Virus record (IMG/VR): IMGVR_UViG_3300049828_000286
Reading direction: 5' to 3' (one strand)
Origin: an uncultured virus (IMG/VR IMGVR_UViG_3300049828_000286)
Lineage: Duplodnaviria > Heunggongvirae > Uroviricota > Caudoviricetes
Length of the DNA stretch: 64,000 bases
Shown: piece by piece, positions 8,701-19,300 of the stretch
Layout: each line of letters begins with the position of its first letter
Position numbering within the stretch: position 1 is the stretch's first letter
Notes under the pieces: generated by a model
What the model saw: the letters and a program-made list of their open reading frames with translations, nothing else
Database searches by the model: none
Told to the model about the DNA's origin: nothing
Translations under genes and position numbers: made by a program

Positions 8701-11700
8701 TGTCGTTACTCCAGGGCCGCAACCTCCAGCGTAATCGACTGGTCTCTGCTCTTGGTATTGACGCCAGCACGCTCAAGGAGTTAAAGGGGACGCCACAGCT
8801 CTTCCTTGAGGTCCAGAAGCGCCTTGACTCGTTCATGGTTATGGCACCTCAGGCGGAACAGACATTTGGTGCGCTATCTGAAACATTTAGAGATCTCGTC
8901 GCTCGAGTAGGTGAGGCATTCTCTCAGCCTCTTGTTGATCTATTTAGAGAGATCATGATCGGCGCGAAGGGTGCTGCTGGTGGTAAGGGTCTCATCGAGA
9001 TGCTCTTTGGTGACCGTAAGCAGAATGAGGGCATTCGTCTCCTTGACGAGGTGAGGGCACGCTTCGCTCTGATCAAGACGGCAATGACAGACGCCATGAC
9101 GCCAGTGAGAGAATTCTGGCGAGAGCTTACAGGTGAAGGCGCAGGAGATGCAATTGACCAGACGGTCCTAGGATTTGCCACCATCTTCAAGAGCGCCATG
9201 ACGCTTCTTGTGTGGTTTACCAAGCTCACGCTTGTGGTCACCCAGTGGGTCTCTGTCAATACTACACTAATCAAGGGCATCCTACTGCTAGCGGTCACGC
9301 TAGCTGGTGGTAGATGGCTCATGCAGTTTGGGAATGGCGTACAGTCTGTGATTGCATCACTGAATGCAATGCGAGCGGCCACGATTGCCAATGCTGCTGC
9401 TGCAGCTGCTGCTAAGACTCCGGTGTTGTCTGGCGCTGGCGCTATTAATATGACCGCTGTCTCTGCGACAAAGGCCAGTAGCGCGATGACCGTGCTTGGT
9501 GGTGCCGTTGGAACACTAGCCACTGGTATCGTCGCTGGCGGAATCATTGCTGCTCTGTCCATGGTGATAGCCAAGTTGACGCAGATCTACGAGCAGGCCA
9601 GTCGCGCAAAGACTGCCATGAATCTTCTATTGCCAGGTGCCAGCCTTGACGAGATTGATCAGGCTCTGCTTGAGGATACAGGGCGATTAACTAGTCAAGA
9701 CCCAGAGGTGCGTTCTGCGGCTGGTAGGAACTTTGGCACGTCAGCCCGCCGAAGATCTGAAGAGTCGGCGACAGTGACATTCGAGCAATTCAAGAAAGTC
9801 AATGACAAGTTTAGGGCCACGTATGCAAGGATTAATGACGCCGCATCTAAGGATGAAAAGGCTGCCATTAGCATGGAGGGCGAGGCGCTTCGTATTGAGC
9901 GTGACAGGATGCTGGCGATTGTGAATAGGTCAGCCGAGGGCATCATTGGAGACGTGGCTAATCTTGAGGCCAACATCAGAACGTCGAAGCGAATTCTGGA
10001 AGGACTGAAGCCGACAATACTGATCGAGACAGACTCAGAGGGTAATACAACAGACGCGACAAGCGCAGTGTTCGAGAAGAAGAAGAAGCAAACCCTTGAC
10101 AATATTGCCCAGGGTGAAAGAGATCTTGCCTACATTAAGCGTCTAGCCGCAGAGGCCAACGTCAAGCGTCAGGAGTTTGAGAAGGAAGTTAGTCCGACAC
10201 AACTGATCGCAAATGAATGGAGTGGTGGCGACGACGGCGATGGCAAGAAGGGGCCTGGCTTTAAGACCAACCTTGATGAAAAGCTGAAGGACATCGAGGA
10301 CTTCTTTGCTATGCAGTCCAAGATCCTTGATATCTGGCGTTCGAATAATCTCATTGGTGAAGCTCGCTTCGACGAGGAAATGGAGCGACTTGAAGCTGCT
10401 CGACTAGAGGCGGTGAAGGCCAACCTGGATGCTCAGCTTGTAGAGCTGGATGAATTCTATAAGAAGAAGAGCGTCAAGCTAAAAGACGACCCAGAGACGG
10501 ATGACGAGATTCAATACGCACAGCTTCGACAGGGGATCGCGAATCAGCAGACTAGTACGACTCGTGAGATCCAGGTCAACGTTGAGCGCCGAACGTCTCG
10601 AGTTGAGCGGCTCGGCAATGAGGGTAACGAGCTTGCTAATGAGGCGCGTGAGGGTCTACTTGGCTTCGTTTCTGACGTGTTCGGCGGGGCCGAAGAAGAG
10701 GTTGATCGGCAGATCGATAAGCTGATTGACAAGTTTACAGATGAGGCCAAGAAGAAGGGACAAGAGAATAATCCGAACGTTGTGTCAGCACTGAAGGAGA
10801 TTGATGCGATTCGCGGTATTGCGAAGGCGCGTAAGGCTCTTGAGGTAGAGATGAAGACGTGGGAGACCGCGTACGGTAATCTGCGCCAGGAAGAGGACCT
10901 CCTGACAGAGACGCATGAGCGTGGCATCTTGTCGACTGACAAGTATACGAAGGCGCTGGCGATAAATCGTCAGGCCCAGATGGCAAATCTTCAGGCTCGT
11001 AAGGATGCGCTTCAGAGGCAGGATGATCAGTTGGTCGCGTTACAGGACGATGGCAAGGGTATTCGCGCAGGAGAGCGCGAGCGTATTACCCAAGAGATCC
11101 GCGACCTGACCATGGAGCAGATGGCATTGCTGCAGCGTATCCCAACGGCAGTTGAGGCATTTGGCAAGCTTGGTAGCTTTGTGAGCGGGTTGGCGACTGG
11201 AATGGCTGAAGTCTTTGAGCCGTTTAGTCAGGGCGCGGCCGATGCGCTTAGGATGGTCGATGCCATGATTTCCAAGTGGCAGTCATTCATGGGCCTTATT
11301 ACCCAGTTCAGAGATGTCCAGGCGACCTTTGCTGCGTCCAGGATGGGTATGCCTGGCGGCGGTGGCGGCGCGACGGCTGGCCTTGTTGGCGGCTCTGTGC
11401 CGTTCCTTGCGTCTATGTTTGGTAATGGAAACACGAGCTCGCTAGGTGGCGACTCTATTGCCTTCGCGAGGGGCATTCCGTCCATTGGTAGCGGTGCCGT
11501 GCAGAGCTCAGGCAGCGGTGGAAATCTCTTTACCGGTGGCAGCGGAGCGGGCCTGGCTGCGGCGACGTTCGGTATCTCAGCAGCTATCACGATTGGCGTG
11601 ATGATGTACCAGAAGTCGGTCGAGAAGGCCACGAAGAGGGTAGAGGACGGATTCAAGAAGATCTCAGAGGCACTCAATAGTGGCGCGGCAACTCTAGGAG

Positions 11701-13046
11701 AATCACTTCAGTCACTTGAGGCAGAGCGAAAGCTCCAGGAAGAGAAGCTGCGCGGTAGCAAGTCTGGTCGCAAGGCTCTGAAGGAATCGCAGGACGAGTA
11801 TGAACAGATGGTTGAGGATCTCAAGCGTCAAATGAAGTCCGTCCGTGACTCCTTCGATGAGACGCTGAAGGGTCTTCGTGCCGGCACTGACGTCTTCGGA
11901 GACTTTGCTCGCGAGCTCTTTAATCTAGAGAAGCAAGCCAAGGAGTATATGGACACGTTTACCTTTGGCACGCCAGAGTATGAGGCGGCCCTTGGTAAGG
12001 TGACAGAACTGTTCACGCTGTCTCTACAGAACCTCAAGGCCAACATGGAAGAGAGCATGCTTGGTTACGAGGGTGACGCGATTGGTTCTGTTGAGCGATA
12101 CCTTGACCTCATGAAGACCGAGGCTGGGCTCCAGAAGCAGCTATCACAGCTAGACCGTGAACGCAGAGACCTGGCTGAGTCCAAGGAAGACCTGGTCCTG
12201 GCCAAGAGGGAGGCTGCTCTTCAGGAGATTGAGGACAAGGAAAAGCTGCTCCAGCTGGAACTGCGGATCAGCGAAATCATTCGTTCCTCCATTGAAGAAG
12301 AGGCGGCTGTTCGTCGGCGCGGCCTGGTAGATGCCCAGCTGTCAGTGGCACAACAGAAGGCCATTGAAATCTCCAGGATCCGAGAGAGATCCCGGAAGGA
12401 GCTTGACCAGGCACGTAAGGATCTTGAGCGTGGCCGCATTGAGAACCAGCAGAGCATGAAGGACCGTGAGCGATCTCTGCGTGACCAGGAAGAGAGCATT
12501 GCGGATCGAGAGGTCAGCCTGGTCGAGGAGGATACAGAGCTCAGGGAAGAGCTCGAGCTGACGCGTATCCGTCTCAATGGTGCTCGCCAGGTTGCCGATA
12601 TCGAAGGGGCCGTGTTTGGCCTCTCGCGGAATCGCTTTGATCTTGAGCGCCGCAGGCAGGAGCTCGAGGTGAAGACGGCCACTCTTCAGGTGAAGAAGTG
12701 GGAGCAGACCAAGATGTTGATCGATTCAATCATGGCCAGTGGTGGCGAGCTGTTTGTGCCCCCTCCTGGATTCCCTCAGGTTCGCGTCCAGATCGGGAAC
12801 ATCGTCATCGACAACCGCTCGAACTCGGTATCGACGACTAGTCCTGGGACCACCCCTGCCCCGTCTAATCCCAATGCGCCAGGTGGTCCGTTCTATCCAC
12901 CATACGACCCAAACAATCCTGCCAATGGTGGCTATGACCCCAACGGGAACTACATCCCTGGCGTTCCATACGGCGATGACATCCGTAGTTCGCTTCCAAA
13001 CTCAGACATCTATAACACCCTCCGCAGGCAGGGATACGGAATCTAA
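5799..13046 (+). CDS. Tape measure protein
   Basis: 2415 aa, Ala/Glu/Lys-rich helical protein with hydrophobic Gly/Ala segments, downstream of the chaperone genes. Confidence 0.9.
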   Translation: MAKKNEVYQLSLDIRDYVKALADAVKAFSRFEQEIGKQISLRVNIDQDSINRMAQAMGRGVKTAVDESTKVATQAAQKSMQGVVAETTKASQQIAAVTKKSHQEILKEAEKIAAERRSIAAKTVKDHESAEDKILAATKAKLASVQKEVEKADKLYASIRKKRDLEASRQAGLPEDKQNNSKWAELLSQEQAAKQVKFARLIEGDEIRKQLEAQEQAQILAKSKDRIESVAKARTAAYAEEKRRNTEHAAQVKQIALELEQAQIASIDRVSEANQKAHAEERAANTKLSAERAKQADQTVKENEKAALKVRAVWTNALGDDVFDQISPKIAAKARRMARDLETKLRVAGVDPRNVQRTLRAQGGYDPFKIDDDGKYAIEPSALLAKVGENNKGKAKYDIDTMRVGDFRDSIRLAGENQKAHELSTKAILKNEQDAYTKTKSLLNELARENKAAADKKLEHVNRVHKAEVAAYEENKNLANKEKTTAEKHLQNLAAWRSGYNKAERAAYAYDSRRDKAISDKAMSIGRSEVSAYAEDRNRVMDAEKEQAAIELAARSRINSVQKAEVQAYAEAKRRRDEFYRAEVAAYDILKNRIDDVRKAEVSAYAEQKRRTAKLEKAEVSAYGTEKNRVTSVQKSEVDAYKERDARLKNQRDTWMRAVDIVKDVNARVQAAGGVSDFIKQEDIVELDQYTGKLRILSDVVKQAQRDMRAMERAKSRDLQGALYGDEAIRRADKAAFVTNARYQDAGINRTVKRDQFIEQNAVSGDLQFSFLKEAEARVAATREINASRLAQRQLNKDMAQSEKLVTGFGRGWKDTGTQIAESAVRLAKFYLIFRGVGEAFRLVERSVSAVIRGGLEFIRISELQRLGVQGILAENYKVIDAYGDTVKPAESLALLQTQARKEWERMQESALAVVGTTEDLMSLYVGILPHAAKLEQSTEAVQDMVKSTAIAASLMDISFQDARSAIVSLLQGRNLQRNRLVSALGIDASTLKELKGTPQLFLEVQKRLDSFMVMAPQAEQTFGALSETFRDLVARVGEAFSQPLVDLFREIMIGAKGAAGGKGLIEMLFGDRKQNEGIRLLDEVRARFALIKTAMTDAMTPVREFWRELTGEGAGDAIDQTVLGFATIFKSAMTLLVWFTKLTLVVTQWVSVNTTLIKGILLLAVTLAGGRWLMQFGNGVQSVIASLNAMRAATIANAAAAAAAKTPVLSGAGAINMTAVSATKASSAMTVLGGAVGTLATGIVAGGIIAALSMVIAKLTQIYEQASRAKTAMNLLLPGASLDEIDQALLEDTGRLTSQDPEVRSAAGRNFGTSARRRSEESATVTFEQFKKVNDKFRATYARINDAASKDEKAAISMEGEALRIERDRMLAIVNRSAEGIIGDVANLEANIRTSKRILEGLKPTILIETDSEGNTTDATSAVFEKKKKQTLDNIAQGERDLAYIKRLAAEANVKRQEFEKEVSPTQLIANEWSGGDDGDGKKGPGFKTNLDEKLKDIEDFFAMQSKILDIWRSNNLIGEARFDEEMERLEAARLEAVKANLDAQLVELDEFYKKKSVKLKDDPETDDEIQYAQLRQGIANQQTSTTREIQVNVERRTSRVERLGNEGNELANEAREGLLGFVSDVFGGAEEEVDRQIDKLIDKFTDEAKKKGQENNPNVVSALKEIDAIRGIAKARKALEVEMKTWETAYGNLRQEEDLLTETHERGILSTDKYTKALAINRQAQMANLQARKDALQRQDDQLVALQDDGKGIRAGERERITQEIRDLTMEQMALLQRIPTAVEAFGKLGSFVSGLATGMAEVFEPFSQGAADALRMVDAMISKWQSFMGLITQFRDVQATFAASRMGMPGGGGGATAGLVGGSVPFLASMFGNGNTSSLGGDSIAFARGIPSIGSGAVQSSGSGGNLFTGGSGAGLAAATFGISAAITIGVMMYQKSVEKATKRVEDGFKKISEALNSGAATLGESLQSLEAERKLQEEKLRGSKSGRKALKESQDEYEQMVEDLKRQMKSVRDSFDETLKGLRAGTDVFGDFARELFNLEKQAKEYMDTFTFGTPEYEAALGKVTELFTLSLQNLKANMEESMLGYEGDAIGSVERYLDLMKTEAGLQKQLSQLDRERRDLAESKEDLVLAKREAALQEIEDKEKLLQLELRISEIIRSSIEEEAAVRRRGLVDAQLSVAQQKAIEISRIRERSRKELDQARKDLERGRIENQQSMKDRERSLRDQEESIADREVSLVEEDTELREELELTRIRLNGARQVADIEGAVFGLSRNRFDLERRRQELEVKTATLQVKKWEQTKMLIDSIMASGGELFVPPPGFPQVRVQIGNIVIDNRSNSVSTTSPGTTPAPSNPNAPGGPFYPPYDPNNPANGGYDPNGNYIPGVPYGDDIRSSLPNSDIYNTLRRQGYGI

Positions 13047-13049
13047 GCT

Positions 13050-13763
13050 ATGCCATCTACCGTAAACATCTCAGGGACTCTCTACGACGCGGTTGGGTCA
13101 GCCATCACCACAGGGACGCTCTATGTCACGCTGCAGCAGGACATGATTCTGGATGGTCAGAAGATCACGCCGACTCGACTCTCTCTGCCGGTCACAGGGG
13201 CGATCTCTTTCAACATCTACCCCACTGCTGGCGCATACCCCACAGGGATCACGTATTACGTCCAGTACGACCCAGATCCGGCAGACCTCAGCAAGCCGAT
13301 GCATGCCAAGATTGGCTACTGGGAGAACTACTGGGTGGTACCTACGACGCCGTCCACGCAGTCGATTGGCAGCTTCCCCGTGGCCATCCGCTCCACTGCC
13401 CTTGCTGCCTATCTGCCGACCACCTCCTGGGCTCGTGGCTTCGCGGCCGACCTGAGGGTCGTTTCTGGCAATACCACGCTCACAGCGTCCGACAATGGCT
13501 GTATGGTCTATATCGACTCTGGCACGGCACGCACGATGACCTTGCCACAGCCTGCCGCTGGACTGCACTTTACGCTCGCCTGTGGCCAAGCCGCAGCGCA
13601 CGTCCTCTCCCCGACTGGTAGTAGCAAGTTTAATGGACTAGGCCTCACAAAGACCAACGGCCAGACGCTGGTGTCAGCGGTGTCCGCTGGCAACTTTGTT
13701 CGTATCGTCGCCGTGGATACGTCAAACTGGTATATCCTTGAGTCACGCGGTACCTGGTCGTAA
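13050..13763 (+). CDS. Minor tail / fibre-like protein
   Basis: N-terminal beta domain plus a C-terminal TLTASDNG...TMTLP...GLHFT...NWYI fibre-like domain. Confidence 0.6.
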   Translation: MPSTVNISGTLYDAVGSAITTGTLYVTLQQDMILDGQKITPTRLSLPVTGAISFNIYPTAGAYPTGITYYVQYDPDPADLSKPMHAKIGYWENYWVVPTTPSTQSIGSFPVAIRSTALAAYLPTTSWARGFAADLRVVSGNTTLTASDNGCMVYIDSGTARTMTLPQPAAGLHFTLACGQAAAHVLSPTGSSKFNGLGLTKTNGQTLVSAVSAGNFVRIVAVDTSNWYILESRGTWS

Positions 13764-13770
13764 GCCTCAA

Positions 13771-13794
13771 CGGCACACTGTGCCAGTCTGACAT
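13771..13794 (+). repeat. Dispersed element, copy 2
   Basis: CGGCACACTGTGCCAGTCTGACAT, identical to 2678-2701, starting 8 nt after the stop codon. Confidence 0.9.
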
Positions 13795-13816
13795 TGTGAC
13801 TCATCCATTGTCAGCA

Positions 13817-13825
13817 TGCTATAAT
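13817..13825 (+). promoter_or_regulatory. Extended -10 promoter (TGCTATAAT)
   Basis: Consensus match separated by 5 nt from the ATG at 13831. Confidence 0.6.
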
Positions 13826-13830
13826 TGAAT

Positions 13831-14001
13831 ATGTCTGATCTATATGCGTGGGCCCTGGACAAGGGATGGTACCTTGCCTGGTGGACCATGTGGCCGCTCT
13901 TGGTAATCTGGGCGTCCTATTACGTGCTAGTGCGTCCTGTCCTAGTGCGACTAGATTCCATCATTGTCCTACTAAGGCAGATACATGGCGCTGGATCTTA
14001 A
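13831..14001 (+). CDS. Small membrane protein (56 aa, not in the ORF track)
   Basis: Manual translation MSDLYAWALDKGWYLAWWTMWPLLVIWASYYVLVRPVLVRLDSIIVLLRQIHGAGS. It fills the gap and overlaps the next start. Confidence 0.6.
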   Translation: MSDLYAWALDKGWYLAWWTMWPLLVIWASYYVLVRPVLVRLDSIIVLLRQIHGAGS

Positions 14002-15583
14002 CGTTATTGGTGAGCGCGTCTATCGACGGCCAGGCCAAGGTATCCTCTCGAGGACCGGTACGATGGCCGCGATGAACCAGGACTATACGGTATGCTTTAA
14101 GATCCGTACGGCTCTTGCGGCAGACCCTAATGCATCGTATCCAACATTCTTCATGCTGTTTGATGGAGATGATGACTACTCGGCTGGTATTTGGGCTGGG
14201 TTCATGCCTGGGTCAAACGAAATCACCGTATATAGCTTTATAGATACCACCGATTGGCAGGGGGTAGAGCCGGCCAGTCTTCCACTGATGCAGGGCCAAG
14301 AGCACCACTTTGCCTATACGCGTTCAGGCACCACGCATACTGCCTATCTTGATGGCGTGAATATTGGTACGTGGACGCATAACGTATCTGGCAGCCCTGC
14401 GCTGAATACGATGCGTCTCGGTTCTGACACAGCACTCGCCTGGTATCAGGGTGACTACACGATTCGACAGCTGAGGGAATGGCAAGGGACGGCGCTGACG
14501 AGTGGTCAGTTAAATGCTGAGCGAGCCTCTGATGCTGCTGTGCTGACGACTAATCTGTTTACAGATCTCCCACTGAGCTCAGCATTTGACCTAACAGACA
14601 CGACGAACAATAACCATGACCTTGTCATCACAAGGGCCGTTAAGTCTGATTGGGTCAATATGGCTGTTCGGTTCCATTCATCGCCACTCCCAGTGTTTAC
14701 AGGCCCATATACGGCCATGTTGTGGTTCAAGCCTATAGCAAACCCAACTCCAGAGTTTCAGGCGATCTATGGTGTCGAGGGAGCCTCGTGGTACATTGCG
14801 CTCGCTAGGGGAGGCGACTGGAAGCCGTATGCGGCTTTTCAGACGCCAGGCGCTGCTGCCACTGGTCAGCAAACAGATCCTAATGTTGCGCCGCTGAACG
14901 TCTGGCAGCACGTCACCATGGTTCGTACTGGGACAAGTATTCTCTTTTACATTAATGGTCTCCTAATTGGTACGCAGACGGCTGATTTTGCCTCAGTAGA
15001 GACGTATATTGAGTTCTTAGGTCACATCGCTGGTCAGTCGCAAGTGAGGCTGGCGTACTTTCGGTCGTGGTCTGCTGCCCTCTCGCAGCCAGAGATCGCG
15101 CTAGAGATGCCAAGTCGACTGCCGCTTCGATACACAGACCTTCTCGCGAACACGCCGCTTGAAACACACCTTCTTGATTCGACCGATAATCAGAACCATT
15201 GGACAGGAGAGGGAGCCGTATCCTTCTCGACTGATTCTCCACTGTCTCTCAGCCTCGTTCTTCTGACTGGCTCGCTTTGGCACCCTTCGACTGGCACGAA
15301 ACTTACAACTGGCCAGCTAAGAATTCGTCCACGCACGTGGGCTAATAACAATACAGAGCTGGTTGCGCCAGTGATCATGGTCTATGCAATACCTGGCGAT
15401 GGCGATATCGAGCTCAGTCTTGCTCCCAGTCAAAGCTATGTTGTTGAGTTTGACCCTACCCCACTAGACCTCGTTACTCCTCTGGCCCAGAAGAGTGGCT
15501 ACTTCATTAATATCTGGACAGTTCCAGCAACTGGGCCAGTCGACATCTCCACACTACTAGGTAGCTACAATGCCTGTTCTTAA
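13985..15583 (+). CDS. Tail protein with two LamG/concanavalin A-like domains
   Basis: Two copies of the LamG pattern: HHFAYTRSG..TAYLDG and WQHVTMVRTG..FYING, each followed by ALT/ALS..I/L. Confidence 0.75.
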   Translation: MALDLNVIGERVYRRPGQGILSRTGTMAAMNQDYTVCFKIRTALAADPNASYPTFFMLFDGDDDYSAGIWAGFMPGSNEITVYSFIDTTDWQGVEPASLPLMQGQEHHFAYTRSGTTHTAYLDGVNIGTWTHNVSGSPALNTMRLGSDTALAWYQGDYTIRQLREWQGTALTSGQLNAERASDAAVLTTNLFTDLPLSSAFDLTDTTNNNHDLVITRAVKSDWVNMAVRFHSSPLPVFTGPYTAMLWFKPIANPTPEFQAIYGVEGASWYIALARGGDWKPYAAFQTPGAAATGQQTDPNVAPLNVWQHVTMVRTGTSILFYINGLLIGTQTADFASVETYIEFLGHIAGQSQVRLAYFRSWSAALSQPEIALEMPSRLPLRYTDLLANTPLETHLLDSTDNQNHWTGEGAVSFSTDSPLSLSLVLLTGSLWHPSTGTKLTTGQLRIRPRTWANNNTELVAPVIMVYAIPGDGDIELSLAPSQSYVVEFDPTPLDLVTPLAQKSGYFINIWTVPATGPVDISTLLGSYNACS

Positions 15584-15947
15584 CTACACATACGCATTCA
15601 AAGAAGAGAAGTCACGCGACACCGTCTTCGAGTTCGTGCGACTACAGAATGGCTTTCTCTTTGATGAAATTGCGGTGTCACGCATCAACATGGTCAGCGA
15701 TGGTCATGAATTCGTTATCGAGTACACGCGACTCGGTACGACTCTGAAAGACCTTCCTCCCGTGTATGTCTCTGCTGTGGACTTTGCTGCGGCTCGAGCT
15801 GAGGCTCAGGGTGATCGCGCCAAGTTCGCATCTGGGACGCTTGTTAAACGGCTCTTCGCAGATGGCTCTCGTCGGTGGCTAGAGTTTCATAAAAGCAACG
15901 ACGTCGATCAGTTGGCAGACGCCGACTTCATTGAGAGCATGAGGTAG
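15570..15947 (+). CDS. Hypothetical protein
   Basis: 125-aa ORF tightly coupled within the operon. Confidence 0.55.
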   Translation: MPVLNYTYAFKEEKSRDTVFEFVRLQNGFLFDEIAVSRINMVSDGHEFVIEYTRLGTTLKDLPPVYVSAVDFAAARAEAQGDRAKFASGTLVKRLFADGSRRWLEFHKSNDVDQLADADFIESMR

Positions 15948-16363
15948 TGTCCATGGCCAACAATAATAATGATGCTGTTCTTCTACTTATTGAGACGATC
16001 TCTAACGGCCAGAACCAGGCCAAGTCCGAGATCTTGTCTGCGGTCAGGGGAATCAATGACCGACTTGACACGCTGAATGGTCGTACTCGTCGCAATGAGA
16101 CGGACATCGCGGGTATTCATTCGAAGCACTCTGAGCAGGAAAAAGCCTACGAGGAATTTCGAGAGACTCTATCGAGGATGATGGACACGCAGGGCCGACT
16201 CGAGGCTGGTCTCTCAGAGATCAAATCTAGCGGCACGAGTGAGGGCGACGTCAGTATGTCCATGAGCAAGACCATGTTTACGGCGCTTGTGAGCGGCATT
16301 ACGGCTATCTGGGTCATCCTTGGCCCGGTCATTAGGGACCTACTGGGCATTTCATCGAAGTAG
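15947..16363 (+). CDS. Coiled-coil protein with a C-terminal transmembrane helix
   Basis: RLDTLNGRTRRNE coiled region and a hydrophobic C-terminus (MFTALVSGITAIWVILGPVI). Confidence 0.6.
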   Translation: MSMANNNNDAVLLLIETISNGQNQAKSEILSAVRGINDRLDTLNGRTRRNETDIAGIHSKHSEQEKAYEEFRETLSRMMDTQGRLEAGLSEIKSSGTSEGDVSMSMSKTMFTALVSGITAIWVILGPVIRDLLGISSK

Positions 16364-16367
16364 AGAC

Positions 16368-19300
16368 ATGCAAAGACTCCTCATCGACAACAGGGATGGG
16401 TTCGGCTACAGGGATTTCACAAGGTTCCTGTGGGAAGCAGGCCAGTTCCTGAGAGATACCGTCAATCAGCCCATCCTGTTTGACTTTCGCATCATCAATG
16501 TGGACAACGTCCCATGCTGGGTATTGCCGAAGCGTGGTGCGGTTGTCCGATTTGAGGACACGCGATTTGATATCTCCGATGAGGGTCACCCAGGCGTACT
16601 GTTTACTGGCGTCCTGACCTCAGATCCTGAGTACGTCTTCCTCGGCTCAAAGAACGGCCAAGAGGCGCATGGGTATGCTTGCCAGGCGACTAGTGAGGAC
16701 TTCAAGCTCAATATCAAGCAGTTGACACAGAAGACCTATATCAATCGGACCCGTGGGTACATCCTGGCCGATCTGATTACGTCGATGTATGACACACCAG
16801 GCGAGGTGATGCCGTTTGAGCTGTCAAATATATTAGATGGCGGTGTTGAGCGGATCTATACCGTAGACCTCTCGAAGAAGTGGACCGAAGTCGCCGCTGA
16901 GTTTGCAAAGGCTGACGGGTATGTCTATTCGGTATTGAACTCATACGTCTACTACCGGCCAGCCATGGTGGAGTTCAATAACCCTGACCCTGCGGCCACT
17001 GTACGTATTGAAAGCACTGATCCTCGATACAACCCGCACCAGCTAAGGCTAAGCAGAGCCGGCACTGAGATCTATAACGATGTGACCGTGCTTGGCCAAG
17101 ATGAGGCCGGTCCATCTGTCACGGAGTGCTTTGTTAGCGACGGACATCAGCCGTACTTACAGCTGACCCATATGCCGTATGGCGTCGAAGAGGCGACCCT
17201 CGTTGACGACGATCTAGCGGCTACGACGTTTGATACGTCAAGGTGGCAGGTGCGAGATGACGGTGGGCACCTGGAGATGTTCGAAGACAGCCTGAATGTA
17301 ACTGGAGGCCCTGGTGGCGTAGAGAGGGCCGCGCTCGTGCTACGAAAGGGCCTTGAGCTTGGTGGCATTCTTGAGTTCCGCGATGGCGAGATCATGTTCG
17401 GCCCAACGGCCTCAGGGACGGCGTATCTGGGGACTCTCTATAACTCAGACGAGCTGCTCGATAGTTCCATTGTGGTTGGGTGGAAGCTGCTCCTGACAGT
17501 TGGGGTTGATAATCCGAATGGTCCAGCGATTGTTCCAGTTGGTCCAGGTGGCGTGCTGGAAACCGCAGGGCTCTACTACCTGAATACCAGCTTCAGCTAC
17601 ATTCTCCGAAAGCGGATGCGCGCTGACCAGGTGCGCCGTAGTTCTGCCGCCTTCCTTGGTGCCACAGAGACAGGGAATCTATTTGAGGATCCGCAGACCC
17701 TCCAAACTGACGCGGAGGTGTATTGGACGATTGATGAGATTGACACCACTGACCCTGAGGATCTCTTTACCAGGAAGATTGAAGTCCTTCGGAAGACGTA
17801 CCAGAACATCTCTGACTTTGCGCTCTACTCGGCTGTTGCCAGTGTGAATGCTCGATTCGCCATGAATAATGTCATGGTGAAACAGCCAACGCAGGTTGAT
17901 GTCCTATTGGACAACACTGGAAAGACTCCGACTCCATCCGTTGTGCAGACCATCGACAACTATACTGGCACCTCCACGACTGTGTGGAGTGAGGATTGGT
18001 CCAGGGGTGACGCTGCTTCGGCCTTTCAGAATGGCTACTGGGAACGTCTAATCCAGCCAACTCGAGTAGTTAACCATCATGGCTCAGGGTCGTATCCAGG
18101 AGGCTACTCAGCCACTGTTCACACACTCACTCTGTCGAATACAGTGCCATCGACGGCGACAGCTGGTAACCTTATTGTGCTATGTATTTCAAGGTCTGAA
18201 GGTTCCTCAGGCCTCACGGTGACTGATAGCGAGGGTCATACATATACCAAGCAAGTGTCGGCTGGTAGCGCTACATCTGGGTATATTGAGATATGGACGA
18301 CGACTGTTGTTACTGGTGGAACGAGCCTTGAGTGGACTGTTACAAGTCCAGTATCTGAAGAGGTATGGATTTCATACCAAGAGATATCAGGGTGGAGCTC
18401 TATAGGCGCTACAGCCTCTGTCGTAAGTGATGCGAGTCCGATGGTCGTTGACCTTCCGGTTCAGACAGATCGCTCTTTAATGTTCAGCGCAGCTGTTTAT
18501 CCTGATTCTGGACCTTCTGTTATAACGACCCCTACTGGATGGAGCAATTTAGGTGGAGTCGGTGGTGCTTCCACGCAGCAGTACACTTTTAAGTACAGAT
18601 TCAATACGACTGCCAACTCTGACCCTTCGTGGGTTATCACGAACCCAACGCCTGGAACGAATTGTGCTGCAGTTGCGCTTCAGGTGTACGGCCTCCCAGT
18701 TCCTGACGGTACATATCCCGAGGTCATTCTAGCTGAGCACGTGACAGTCGTTGAAGGCGCAGGGCCTGGTGGCGTTAATGTGCTTGACTCGTTTGATGGC
18801 GGCGCATATGACGAGTCGGCAGTCCTAATGAACCTTCCTGGAACGTACAATGTCCTAGAGGGAAGCGCTAGCATGGATGTCAAGATGACCACCGCTCATG
18901 GTTGGTCTGGTGACATGATGGTGCTTGCCTATCAGTCGTCATTCTTAACGTCCAATAGTGATGAGACGTATGTCCGGTTCATTTCGAATGGAACAGACGT
19001 TACGTTTTCTGTCCATTACAACGACTGGGTAGGTGGCACTGATACCACGCCAATATACACAGCCTCAGTGGCCAATTTGATGGCAGGATTCGCAACTTTT
19101 GAGCTGCAGTGGAAGGTTGGAACTCCGACGTTTAGTGGTGGATACCTAGACGACGTAGCAGCTGATGGATATATCAGGCTTCTCATTAATGGCGTTGTTG
19201 TGAGCCAAGCCACAGGCGTTAGGCTATATCTGTCTAGCGGTGCGACTGCTGATACTAATCGTATCAATCGATTCGCCCCGATGAGATACGGCGCACTTGG

